Source: Galbibacter orientalis DSM 19592
Lineage (GTDB): Bacteria > Bacteroidota > Bacteroidia > Flavobacteriales > Flavobacteriaceae
Assembly: GCF_000260115.1 (NCBI RefSeq)
Contig: NZ_JH651379.1
Location: 3,032,240-3,064,239 of the forward strand
Direction: 5' to 3'
DNA length: 32,000 bases
Below, in pieces: positions 24,703 through 32,000 of this stretch (position 1 is its first letter; each line of letters opens with the position of its first letter). Both the position numbers and the translations under genes were made by a program. Under the pieces are notes generated by a model, which was not told the DNA's origin, did not search any database, and saw only the letters and a list, made by a program, of their open reading frames with translations.

Positions 24703-25446
24703 ATGGAAATTAGCGGTTTAGTTATTACTTTCAATGAAGAGACATGGATTGGTGGTTGTATTGAAGACATGTTTAGGGTTTGTGATGAAGTTATAGTAAT
24801 AGATTCATATAGCAAAGATAGAACGGTTGAGATAGCCAAGGAGAAAGGAGCTAAAGTAATTCAGCAAGAATTTTTAGGCGATGGACCGCAAAGAATACAT
24901 GGTTTACAATTTTGTAAGAATAATTGGATATTGAATTTAGATGCTGATGAAAGACTTGAGGAAGATTCTTATCAATTTATAAAATCTGGAAAGTTTTTTG
25001 AAGATTTATATGATGGCTATAGATTTAGAAGAAATACTTATTTTAGAGATGAGCTTATTAATTTTTCAGGTTGGTATCCCGATTATGCTTGTCGCTTTTT
25101 TGATAAGAGAACAGCTAAACCAGAGACAACAATTGTACATCAGGATGTAAAAGGTAAAAATATTTTAAAATCCAAAATGCATTTACGTCATTATAGTTGG
25201 AATAGTTTTAATCAGATTATTTCTAAAAAAAATCAATATACAGATTGGCAAGTTCAGGAGTATGTAGAAAAAGGAAAAAAAGCTTCTTCATTTGCACCAT
25301 TGATTCACGGATGGGTTTCTTTTTTTAAATGTTACATCTTTAAAAAGGGGATGTTCCATGGATTAGATGGATTTACTTTTGCATTGATTCAAGCTTTTTT
25401 TTCATATATGAAATATGCCAAATTAATTAAAGAAAATAAAAAGTAA
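24703..25446 (+). CDS. Family 2 glycosyltransferase
   Basis: 247-aa ORF with VITFNEE, VIDSYSKD and LDADE. Confidence 0.8.
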   Translation: MEISGLVITFNEETWIGGCIEDMFRVCDEVIVIDSYSKDRTVEIAKEKGAKVIQQEFLGDGPQRIHGLQFCKNNWILNLDADERLEEDSYQFIKSGKFFEDLYDGYRFRRNTYFRDELINFSGWYPDYACRFFDKRTAKPETTIVHQDVKGKNILKSKMHLRHYSWNSFNQIISKKNQYTDWQVQEYVEKGKKASSFAPLIHGWVSFFKCYIFKKGMFHGLDGFTFALIQAFFSYMKYAKLIKENKK

Positions 25447-26387
25447 TGAAAATATTAGTAACTGGAGCAGCTGGGTTTATTGGTTCTCACACAGCAGAAT
25501 TTTTTGCAAATGAAGGACACCAAGTATATGGAATCGATAATTTTTCTTCGTATTACAATCCAGCATTGAAGAAATTAAATTTAGCAGATGTAGAGAAAGC
25601 TGGAGTTACTTTTATTGAAGCTGATATAATCAGCAATTTAAAAGAAAAGCTGCCTACAGACTTCGACTATGTTTTTCATTTTGCTGCACAGCCTGGTATT
25701 TCTGCTACAACAAGTTTGGAGGAGTATGTTCAGAATAATATTTTCGCGACACAAAATTTATTAGATTGGGTGAAAGAAACTTCTCCTAATCTCAAACTGT
25801 TTGTAAACATAGCAACTTCTTCTATTTACGGAAAAGAGGCAACGCTACCAGAAACAGCCTTACCTAAGCCAGTTTCTTTTTATGGAACTACCAAATTAGC
25901 AGCAGAACAATTGGCTTTAGGAGAACAAAGAGCAGGGAAATTAAATGCCTGTTCTTTACGCTTATATTCGGTTTATGGACCTAGAGAACGTCCAGAGAAG
26001 TTGTATACAAAGTTGATAAAGTCGATATACGATCAAACCGAATTCCCACTATTTGAGGGGAGCGAAAAGCATTCTCGGAGCTTTACGTATGTAGGCGATA
26101 TTGTGAAAGGAATGGCGGCAGTAATAGGTAAGGAGCGTAAAATCAATGGAGAAATAATTAATATAGGCTCGGATGTGGAATATACTACACAACAGGGAAT
26201 CGAATTGATAGAAAAAATTATAGGACTTAAAGCAAAAATAAAAGTTACTCCGCCACGACCAGGCGACCAATTACGTACGACGGCTTTAATTGATAAAGCC
26301 AGAAAATTATTAAGTTATGAGCCAGAAACTTCTTTTGAAGTTGGACTGGAAAAACAAGTAGATTGGTATAGGGAGAAATTTTTATAA
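25446..26387 (+). CDS. NAD-dependent sugar-nucleotide epimerase/dehydratase (extended SDR)
   Basis: 313-aa ORF with the Rossmann motif VTGAAGFIGSH and the catalytic YGTTK (YxxxK). Its start overlaps the previous stop by 1 nt (TAATG). Confidence 0.85.
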   Translation: MKILVTGAAGFIGSHTAEFFANEGHQVYGIDNFSSYYNPALKKLNLADVEKAGVTFIEADIISNLKEKLPTDFDYVFHFAAQPGISATTSLEEYVQNNIFATQNLLDWVKETSPNLKLFVNIATSSIYGKEATLPETALPKPVSFYGTTKLAAEQLALGEQRAGKLNACSLRLYSVYGPRERPEKLYTKLIKSIYDQTEFPLFEGSEKHSRSFTYVGDIVKGMAAVIGKERKINGEIINIGSDVEYTTQQGIELIEKIIGLKAKIKVTPPRPGDQLRTTALIDKARKLLSYEPETSFEVGLEKQVDWYREKFL

Positions 26388-26391
26388 AATA

Positions 26392-27189
26392 TTATTCGCT
26401 TTGTAATTTTTTAAGTTCTCTAAAACGTTCATAAACTCCTAATGCATTTAAATAACAAATAGTAACTCCTTTAGCACCATCTAGAATGCCAAGTCTAATA
26501 ATATAATGATTAAAAAATTTCCAAGTAGGACGTAAATATTGCTGAAGGACATTCCATTTTTTTCCTTTTAAAAAAGACTCTTTGGCTTTTAATTGCCCGT
26601 ATTTGAGCATTTTACCTTTATAGTCTTCATAGTTTTTATAAGAGTAATGAATTAATTTTTCTTTTAGAATTCCTTCAGTTCCGTTAACTTTTAAGGTTTC
26701 ATGAACAATCCTTTCATTTATAAATTCGCATGAATTCTTTTTAAATAAGCGGTAGACTTTATCGGTTTGCCAACCACTAAAATAGAGTCGCTTATTTTTA
26801 AACATAAAGGTTCTGTAATTCCAATAAGCATCTTTAGCAGTTGGATTATTTATGGTGAGAATTATTTCCTTTTCGAGTTTTGGAGTTACACGTTCATCAG
26901 CATCAAAAAAATAGACCCAGTTATATTGAGCACAACTTAAAGCATAGGATTTCTGCTTGGTAAAATTCTCAAAAGGATGTTGTATGGCAGTAATTTTAGG
27001 ATGATTTTGAAGATATTCCCAAGTACCATCAGTACTAAAGGAATCGACTACAATAATTTCATCAGCAAAAAGAATACTTTCAATACAATCTTTAATATAA
27101 TCCACCTCATTATATGTAATAATTACTGCGGATAACTTTGCTTTTGTGCTCAAATTTCTATTTTTTGTAAAGGTATTGCCTTCCGTCAA
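26392..27189 (-). CDS. Family 2 glycosyltransferase (start codon uncertain)
   Basis: 265-aa ORF with VIITYNE, VVDSFSTD and FFDADE. The listed start is TTG at 27189. Another TTG at 27153 would give MSTKAKLSAVIITYNE. No in-frame ATG lies upstream of the VIITYNE motif. Confidence 0.75.
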   Translation of the reverse strand: MTEGNTFTKNRNLSTKAKLSAVIITYNEVDYIKDCIESILFADEIIVVDSFSTDGTWEYLQNHPKITAIQHPFENFTKQKSYALSCAQYNWVYFFDADERVTPKLEKEIILTINNPTAKDAYWNYRTFMFKNKRLYFSGWQTDKVYRLFKKNSCEFINERIVHETLKVNGTEGILKEKLIHYSYKNYEDYKGKMLKYGQLKAKESFLKGKKWNVLQQYLRPTWKFFNHYIIRLGILDGAKGVTICYLNALGVYERFRELKKLQSE

Positions 27190-27191
27190 AA

Positions 27192-27230
27192 TAAAAAAAT
27201 CCGAAAGACACTAGTGTCCATCGGATTTTA
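27192..27230 (-). terminator. Rho-independent terminator downstream of dapD
   Basis: Stem atccga / tcggat with an inner gacac-tag-gtgtc pairing, followed on the minus strand by T7. Confidence 0.65.
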
Positions 27231-27343
27231 CTCGATAATCGAGTTTTGAGTATTTTAGCGCTTGTATAGAAATACTATTTGTTTTTCCTTCTAATACTTT
27301 GGTAGGTTATACCAAGAAAGCGTTAACTATAATTTTTTTAGGA

Positions 27344-28159
27344 TTATACAGCAACATCGTATTCACGAAGTGCATCGTTTAAAGATGTTTTCTTATTAGT
27401 ACTTTCCTTACGTTTCCCTATAATTAAAGCACAAGGAACATTAAATTCTCCTGCAGGAAATTTTTTGGTATAACTTCCAGGAATAACCACCGATCTGGCT
27501 GGCACATATCCTTTAATTTCTACAGGTTCGTCTCCGGTAACATCAATTATTTTGGTAGAACCTGTTAGTACTACATTAGCACCTAAAACAGCTTCTTTTT
27601 CAACGCGAATTCCTTCAACTACAATACATCTTGAACCAATAAATGCATTGTCTTCTATAATTACGGGAGCAGCTTGTAATGGCTCTAAAACTCCTCCAAT
27701 TCCAACACCCCCGCTAAGGTGAACATTCTTACCTATTTGAGCGCAACTTCCTACAGTAGCCCATGTGTCTACCATAGTTCCTTCATCAACATACGCCCCT
27801 ATATTTACATAACTAGGCATTAAAATAGTACCTGCCGAAATATAAGCTCCATGTCTGGCAACCGCAGCAGGAACAACGCGGATTCCTTTTTCAGCATAAT
27901 TTCTTTTTAATGGAATTTTGTCATGGAATTCAAGTGGTCCAACTTCTAAAGTTTCCATTTTCTGGATTGGGAAGTATAAAACAACTGCTTTTTTAACCCA
28001 TTCGTTTACTTGCCAGCCGTTTTCTGTAGGCTCAGCTACCCGAAGTTTACCTTCATCTAATAAAGAAACAACTTCTCTAATAGTATTTACAGTATTTTCG
28101 TCTTTAAGTAATTCCCTGTTCTCCCAGGCATTCTCTATGATTGTACGTATCTCGTTCAT
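27344..28159 (-). CDS. dapD: 2,3,4,5-tetrahydropyridine-2,6-dicarboxylate N-succinyltransferase
   Basis: 271-aa ORF with a left-handed beta-helix hexapeptide region (IGKNVHLSGGVGIGGVLEP...IIEDNAFIGSRC) and a DapD-type N-terminal domain. Confidence 0.9.
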   Translation of the reverse strand: MNEIRTIIENAWENRELLKDENTVNTIREVVSLLDEGKLRVAEPTENGWQVNEWVKKAVVLYFPIQKMETLEVGPLEFHDKIPLKRNYAEKGIRVVPAAVARHGAYISAGTILMPSYVNIGAYVDEGTMVDTWATVGSCAQIGKNVHLSGGVGIGGVLEPLQAAPVIIEDNAFIGSRCIVVEGIRVEKEAVLGANVVLTGSTKIIDVTGDEPVEIKGYVPARSVVIPGSYTKKFPAGEFNVPCALIIGKRKESTNKKTSLNDALREYDVAV

Positions 28160-28176
28160 CTAAATTAAAATTTTTA

Positions 28177-28184
28177 CAAATATA
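28177..28184 (-). promoter_or_regulatory. Candidate -7 box TAtaTTTG for dapD
   Basis: Exact TAnnTTTG on the minus strand, 17 nt upstream of the ATG at 28159. A perfect tandem duplication tataacattt x2 lies at 28221-28240 just upstream. Confidence 0.35.
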
Positions 28185-28319
28185 AAACTGTTCAACTTAT
28201 TTAACCTACTATTTTACAACTATAACATTTTATAACATTTTGTTTAAAATAATACAATAATTTAGAAGTTGGTTAATTTCTTATAAACGTTTTAAAAAGT
28301 TTACTTTTGTAAAAAGTAT

Positions 28320-28653
28320 TATTGTTGTCCGATAAAAGTTAACGGAATTTATTGAACTCCACTTACATCAAGGTTTAAATTCCTCATAGGGGGTTTAATT
28401 ACCCAGAGCCTGTACTGAGTTTGCCGAAGTACTCTGCGTCGAAATGAGTTAAATTTGTTTCCTTTGAATACCTCGCGGACTTGCCCCGAGGTAGTTGATT
28501 GGAGTTTTAAAAATAGACCCCTTGCTATTAGTAAAAATGAATAAAAAAGAGAATTTTTGAAATGTAGTCTTTTTAAGCTGCTTATTTTGTGGTAGTTAAG
28601 GCTTATTTTTTTCTTATAGCGAAGCGGTCTTGTGTTTTACTCGGACATTAATG
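28320..28653 (-). mobile_element. MITE-like non-autonomous element, copy B (334 bp), inverted relative to copy A
   Basis: One end, tattgttgtccgataaaagttaacgg, is identical to the copy A end. The other end, tcggacattaatg, matches the TIR at 10/13. A perfect 9-bp direct repeat AAAAAGTAT flanks it at 28311-28319 and 28654-28662. It shares exact runs of 34 and 41 nt with copy A. Confidence 0.85.
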
Positions 28654-28667
28654 AAAAAGTATATAAA

Positions 28668-29078
28668 ATGGGAAGAATATTAGCAATAGATTTTGGAGAG
28701 AAAAGAACAGGAATAGCAGTTACAGATGAGCTCCAAATTATAGCGTCTGGGCTTACTACAGTAGCTACTACAACGCTTTTGTCTTTTTTAAAAGAATACA
28801 TAGCTAAGGAAAATGTAGAATTAATTGTTGTAGGACAGCCAAAGCGTTTAAATAACGATTTTTCGGACGTAGAGCAAGTAATTCTTACCTACATTGAAAA
28901 ACTAAAAGCTGCATTTCCGGAACTCCCTATAGAACGTGTTGATGAACGATTTACTTCGAAAATAGCTTTTCAAAGCATGATAGATAGCGGGGTTAAGAAA
29001 AAACAACGCCGTAGTAAAGAGCTGTTAGATGAAGTAAGCGCTACAGTAATTTTACAATCTTATTTATATAACAAATAA
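28668..29078 (+). CDS. ruvX: Holliday junction resolvase-like protein RuvX (YqgF)
   Basis: Motif RILAIDFGEKRTGIAV. I chose the ATG at 28668; the longer ORF from 28632 (GTG) starts inside the MITE. Confidence 0.85.
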   Translation: MGRILAIDFGEKRTGIAVTDELQIIASGLTTVATTTLLSFLKEYIAKENVELIVVGQPKRLNNDFSDVEQVILTYIEKLKAAFPELPIERVDERFTSKIAFQSMIDSGVKKKQRRSKELLDEVSATVILQSYLYNK

Positions 29079-29095
29079 TTATTTCTTTCTTAATA

Positions 29096-29134
29096 CTTTG
29101 AATCCCTCGTAGGCTTGCCTCGAGGTAGTTGATT
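29096..29134 (-). repeat. Solo hairpin module (E) of the MITE-like family
   Basis: ctttgaatccctcgtaggcttgcctcgaggtagttgatt aligns with copy B 28463-28500. The stem is cctcg / cgagg with an 11-nt loop. Confidence 0.6.
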
Positions 29135-29278
29135 ATTTTCAGTTTTATTGAAAAAAAGTTACTTATATGTAGGAACACCCTATTTTTGTATGGGATTTTT
29201 TTTAACTTTGTATTTGATAACTAGTTTGTTAAATAGTATAGTGCTATTTATAAATTATTAAAAAATATAGTGAATGAA

Positions 29279-29698
29279 ATGAGAATTACCCTACTTTTAT
29301 GCTTATTTATTCAATTTGTTTTTCCGTTTTCGGTAAACAATGAAACAATGATTGTGCCCCACACTAAATCATTAACCACGAACCCTCTCACTCCTCCAAA
29401 AGCCCCTCTTTGGTCTTTGGAAAGTATGTTATCTTTTTACCCTGATCATTCAGTTCAAAACGATTCTTTAAAAGTGTATCCCAACCCTATTAATCAGAAA
29501 GATATGTTGAATATCTCAATGGTAGAGGCAGGGAAGAAACGATTAACTTTTTATGATATTACTGGAAAAATGGTAAAAGTTATAGAAACAGAACGTAAAT
29601 CTTTTGCTTTTAGTATTTCAGATATTGGAACTGGCGTGTACATATTGAATGTATCATCAGTAAATTTTCAAACAACAAAAAAGGTAATTGTAAAGTAA
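29279..29698 (+). CDS. Small secreted protein with a T9SS type A C-terminal sorting domain
   Basis: Signal peptide MRITLLLCLFIQFVFPF, then a spacer of about 45 aa, then a CTD (LKVYPNPI ... LTFYDITGKMV ... GVYILNV ... KKVIVK). ATG at 29279 preferred over GTG at 29270. Confidence 0.7.
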   Translation: MRITLLLCLFIQFVFPFSVNNETMIVPHTKSLTTNPLTPPKAPLWSLESMLSFYPDHSVQNDSLKVYPNPINQKDMLNISMVEAGKKRLTFYDITGKMVKVIETERKSFAFSISDIGTGVYILNVSSVNFQTTKKVIVK

Positions 29699-29769
29699 GA
29701 ATTTACTTTATTTCCTTACTTATTTAAGTATCTTTTGCTACTTTCCATAGCATTATTAGAATTACTTTG

Positions 29770-29777
29770 TATTTTTG
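29770..29777 (+). promoter_or_regulatory. Candidate -7 box TAttTTTG for def
   Basis: Exact TAnnTTTG 23 nt upstream of the ATG at 29801. It supports the shorter start. Confidence 0.4.
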
Positions 29778-29800
29778 CAACCTTAATTTTAATAATTATT

Positions 29801-30391
29801 ATGATATTACCAATTGTAGCATATGGTGATCCCGTTCTGAGGAAGGTAGCAAAAGATATTCCTAAAGATTATCCAAAACTGGATGTTCTTATTGAGAATA
29901 TGTTTGAAACTATGTATAATGCATATGGAGTTGGTTTAGCAGCGCCACAAATAGGATTACCAATACGTCTTTTTGTTATAGATGCCACCGCTTTTGCAGA
30001 TGATGATGAGCTTTCGGAAAAAGAAAAGGAACAATTAACAGGTTTTAAAAAGGTATTTATTAACCCTACAATTATAGAAGAAACAGGTGAAGAATGGACC
30101 TTTAATGAGGGTTGTTTAAGCATACCAGATATTCGAGAAGATGTTACTAGAAATGCTATTATTAAAATTGAATATTACGATGCCGATTTTAATAAACACA
30201 TTGAAGAATTTGATGGATTAGCAGCTCGTGTAATTCAGCATGAATACGACCATATTGAAGGGGTTTTGTTTACAGATAAGTTGTCCTCATTAAAAAAGAG
30301 ACTCTTAAAAAGGAAACTTACCAGTATCTCCAAAGGGAAAATAAAAATAGATTACAAAATGCGTTTTCCAGATGCTAAAAAAGCACGTTAA
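29801..30391 (+). CDS. def: Peptide deformylase
   Basis: The three signature motifs are present: GVGLAAPQIG, EGCLSIP and HEYDHIEG. The start is at MILPIVAYGDP. Confidence 0.92.
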   Translation: MILPIVAYGDPVLRKVAKDIPKDYPKLDVLIENMFETMYNAYGVGLAAPQIGLPIRLFVIDATAFADDDELSEKEKEQLTGFKKVFINPTIIEETGEEWTFNEGCLSIPDIREDVTRNAIIKIEYYDADFNKHIEEFDGLAARVIQHEYDHIEGVLFTDKLSSLKKRLLKRKLTSISKGKIKIDYKMRFPDAKKAR

Positions 30392-30448
30392 ACGTTTTGA
30401 AAATATAATCAAAGCATAGATATTTGCGATCTCAAAAAAATAAAATTT

Positions 30449-30895
30449 ATGGGCTTAGATAAAATATTAGCCATTTCGGGAAAACCTGGACTTTATGAAT
30501 TAAAAGCACAAACTAGATCTGGTTTTGTTGCTGAATCCTTATTAGATGGAAAAAAAATAAGCGTAGGTTTAAGAAATAATGTTAGCCTACTTTCTGAAAT
30601 AGCCATTTATACACTTACAGAAGAAGTTCCGCTCCGAGAGGTTTTAAATAAAATTAAGGAGAAGGAAAATGGAGGAAAAACAAGTATTAGTCATAAAGAT
30701 TCTAAAATTAAACTAGAAGAATACTTTTTTGAAGTACTTCCAGATTATGATGAAGATAAAGTATATCCTAGTGATATTAAGAAAGTAATACAATGGTATA
30801 ACTTACTTCATGATAAGGGAATTACTACTTTTGAAGCAGAAGAGAATACGGAAACGAAAGAGGAAGAAGTTACTTCTGAAAAGGAAGAGAAATAG
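30449..30895 (+). CDS. DUF5606-like protein
   Basis: 148-aa ORF. The N-terminus LDKILAISGKPGLYELKAQTRSGFVAESL matches my recollection of the Bacteroidota DUF5606 family. The tail is acidic. Confidence 0.65.
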   Translation: MGLDKILAISGKPGLYELKAQTRSGFVAESLLDGKKISVGLRNNVSLLSEIAIYTLTEEVPLREVLNKIKEKENGGKTSISHKDSKIKLEEYFFEVLPDYDEDKVYPSDIKKVIQWYNLLHDKGITTFEAEENTETKEEEVTSEKEEK

Positions 30896-30920
30896 AATAT
30901 TTTTCATAAAATGTTAATAA

Positions 30921-30958
30921 AAAGGAAGCCTGCTCATTGTAGCAGGCTTCCTTTTTTT
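30921..30958 (+). terminator. Rho-independent terminator
   Basis: A 12-bp perfect stem (aggaagcctgct / agcaggcttcct) with a 6-nt loop and T7. Confidence 0.85.
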
Positions 30959-31021
30959 AGTAAATTTATAATGTAAGGAAGTTATTATTTAAGCTACTTA
31001 TATTTTGATATAGATTTACTT

Positions 31022-31531
31022 ATGATTCAAAACACCACAAACACTACTTTAAATCAGCTTAAAGATATTATAAAAGTTCTTTCTTCCGAACAATTTTCTA
31101 CTCCTTTAATTATCTTAAATAATTCTTCCGTAGGAATGCATGTAAGGCATATTCTAGAATTTTATCAATGTTTACTTGATGGAATCGAAACTGGAATTGT
31201 TAATTACGATATGCGTAAGCGTAATGTAAAATTGGAAACCCAGCCAACGTATTGCATTGAAGTTATTAATGAGATTCTGACATATTTAAAAAAGAATCAA
31301 GAGAATATAGAGTTGTGCTTAAAAGGTTGTTACTGCCATACAGAAGAAACAAAACAAATAGAAGTCAAAACAAGTTTAGATAGAGAGTTAATCTATAATA
31401 TAGAACATACTGTTCATCATTTAGCTATTATAAGAATAGGAATTAATGCAATTGACAGCTCAATTACTTTAAATGATTCTGTAGGAATAGCTTCTTCAAC
31501 CATCAGAAATAAAAATATATGTGCACAGTAA
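31022..31531 (+). CDS. Hypothetical protein, possibly a DinB-like four-helix metal-binding fold
   Basis: 169-aa ORF with His-containing helices (HVRHILEF, EHTVHHLAIIR). The family assignment is weak. Confidence 0.4.
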   Translation: MIQNTTNTTLNQLKDIIKVLSSEQFSTPLIILNNSSVGMHVRHILEFYQCLLDGIETGIVNYDMRKRNVKLETQPTYCIEVINEILTYLKKNQENIELCLKGCYCHTEETKQIEVKTSLDRELIYNIEHTVHHLAIIRIGINAIDSSITLNDSVGIASSTIRNKNICAQ

Positions 31532-32000
31532 GTTATATTCCTACAAAAGACGGGTTTTACCTAACTTCAAATCGTGATGAAGACCCATTGAGGGAAACAT
31601 TACCGCCAAAAAGTGTTGATATTAATACTGGAGTTACTTTAATAGCACCAATTGATAAAGAAAAAGGAGGAAGTTGGATTGCAACAGATTCTATATCTAG
31701 AGCTGCTTGTTTGTTAAATGGAGGTTTTGAAAAGCATAAACGAAAACTTCCCTATGCAAAAAGTAGGGGATATATGGTTTTTGATGCTTTTAAATATACT
31801 AATTTTCAAACCTTTATAGAAGACGTTAATCTTGAAAATATAGAGCCCTTTACCTTAATTTTAATTGATGATTTTTTGCAGGTTTTAGTTTGGGATGGCA
31901 ATAAAAAACATATTCAATTTCTAAGTAAAACAATCCCGCATCTATGGTCGTCTGCCACTTTATATGATGAAGATACACATAACAAAAAAATAGCTGTATT
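31519..32000 (+). CDS. NRDE-family (TANGO2-like) protein, 3' partial at the window edge
   Basis: This open frame is absent from the ORF track because it has no stop in the window. It reads MCTVSYIPTKDGFYLTSNRDEDPLR..., with the N-terminal MC and a literal NRDE motif. I translated it by hand to 31998 and found no stops. It overlaps the upstream gene by 13 nt. Confidence 0.7.
   Translation, partial: MCTVSYIPTKDGFYLTSNRDEDPLRETLPPKSVDINTGVTLIAPIDKEKGGSWIATDSISRAACLLNGGFEKHKRKLPYAKSRGYMVFDAFKYTNFQTFIEDVNLENIEPFTLILIDDFLQVLVWDGNKKHIQFLSKTIPHLWSSATLYDEDTHNKKIAV

Noticed and set aside
28221-28240. Perfect tandem duplication tataacattt x2 upstream of dapD as a regulatory site
   Set aside because: There are only two copies in very AT-rich DNA. 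The duplication is plausible by chance or slippage and has no palindromic character or counterpart elsewhere in the window. It is noted under the dapD promoter feature only.
4774-28653. Composite transposon formed by the two inverted MITE copies
   Set aside because: Each copy has its own distinct 9-bp duplication (TATATGAAT versus AAAAAGTAT), so they inserted independently. The 23 kb between them is ordinary housekeeping DNA with no transposase.
729-30123. Short antisense or out-of-frame ORFs nested in larger genes (729-947, 1331-1543, 4167-4355, 6351-6716, 7394-7921, 8711-8962, 8927-9145, 12852-13049, 15443-15661, 16752-16991, 23437-23637, 26049-26270, 27918-28163, 29869-30123)
   Set aside because: Each lies wholly inside or antisense to a longer ORF with clear family motifs. 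Their composition is low-complexity or typical of an AT-rich antisense strand, and none has a recognisable domain.
1-32000. tRNA, rRNA, tmRNA or riboswitch genes in intergenic regions
   Set aside because: Reading the intergenic regions by eye, I saw no cloverleaf-compatible sequence, rRNA-like block or recognisable riboswitch core. This cannot be excluded without covariance-model scans.

Overview
AT-rich chromosomal segment with the gene content and signals of a Flavobacteriaceae (Bacteroidota) genome: a SusC/SusD pair, a T9SS C-terminal sorting domain, TAnnTTTG-type -7 promoter boxes and many Bacteroidota-typical DUF families. Most of the window is ordinary housekeeping. It holds rocD, dapD, def, ruvX, a cysteine desulfurase, heme A synthase, a CCA-adding enzyme, tsaC, a small glycosyltransferase/epimerase cluster and a PadR-PspC-DUF2807 envelope-stress module. 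I saw no rRNA, tRNA, CRISPR array, transposase, integrase or recognisable defence system. All protein family calls come from motifs read by eye; no HMM or BLAST search was possible. Two things are not explained by the genes. (1) There is an interspersed structured repeat family of about 340 bp. Two full-length copies (4774-5117 and 28320-28653, inverted relative to each other) each carry terminal inverted repeats and their own perfect 9-bp target-site duplication, so they look like a non-autonomous MITE. One copy rewrote the C-terminus and stop codon of a gene, and the other sits 14 bp upstream of ruvX. Three decayed or partial copies (about 12650-12870, 14283-14405, 29096-29134) keep its internal hairpin modules. 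(2) Two intergenic loci (10208-10569 and 21117-21364) carry composite short-unit tandem arrays with the same layout relative to the flanking minus-strand genes. Locus 1 has 7 x 8-mer plus 42 x 7-mer units in perfect register. Locus 2 has about 19 x 8-mer plus 6 x 8-mer units. One array ends 5 nt from the GTG start of ctaA and another supplies the stop codon of the CCA-adding enzyme gene. A shared CAATCAATC-poly(A)-CGAA leader motif links three neighbouring genes around the PadR-PspC module.
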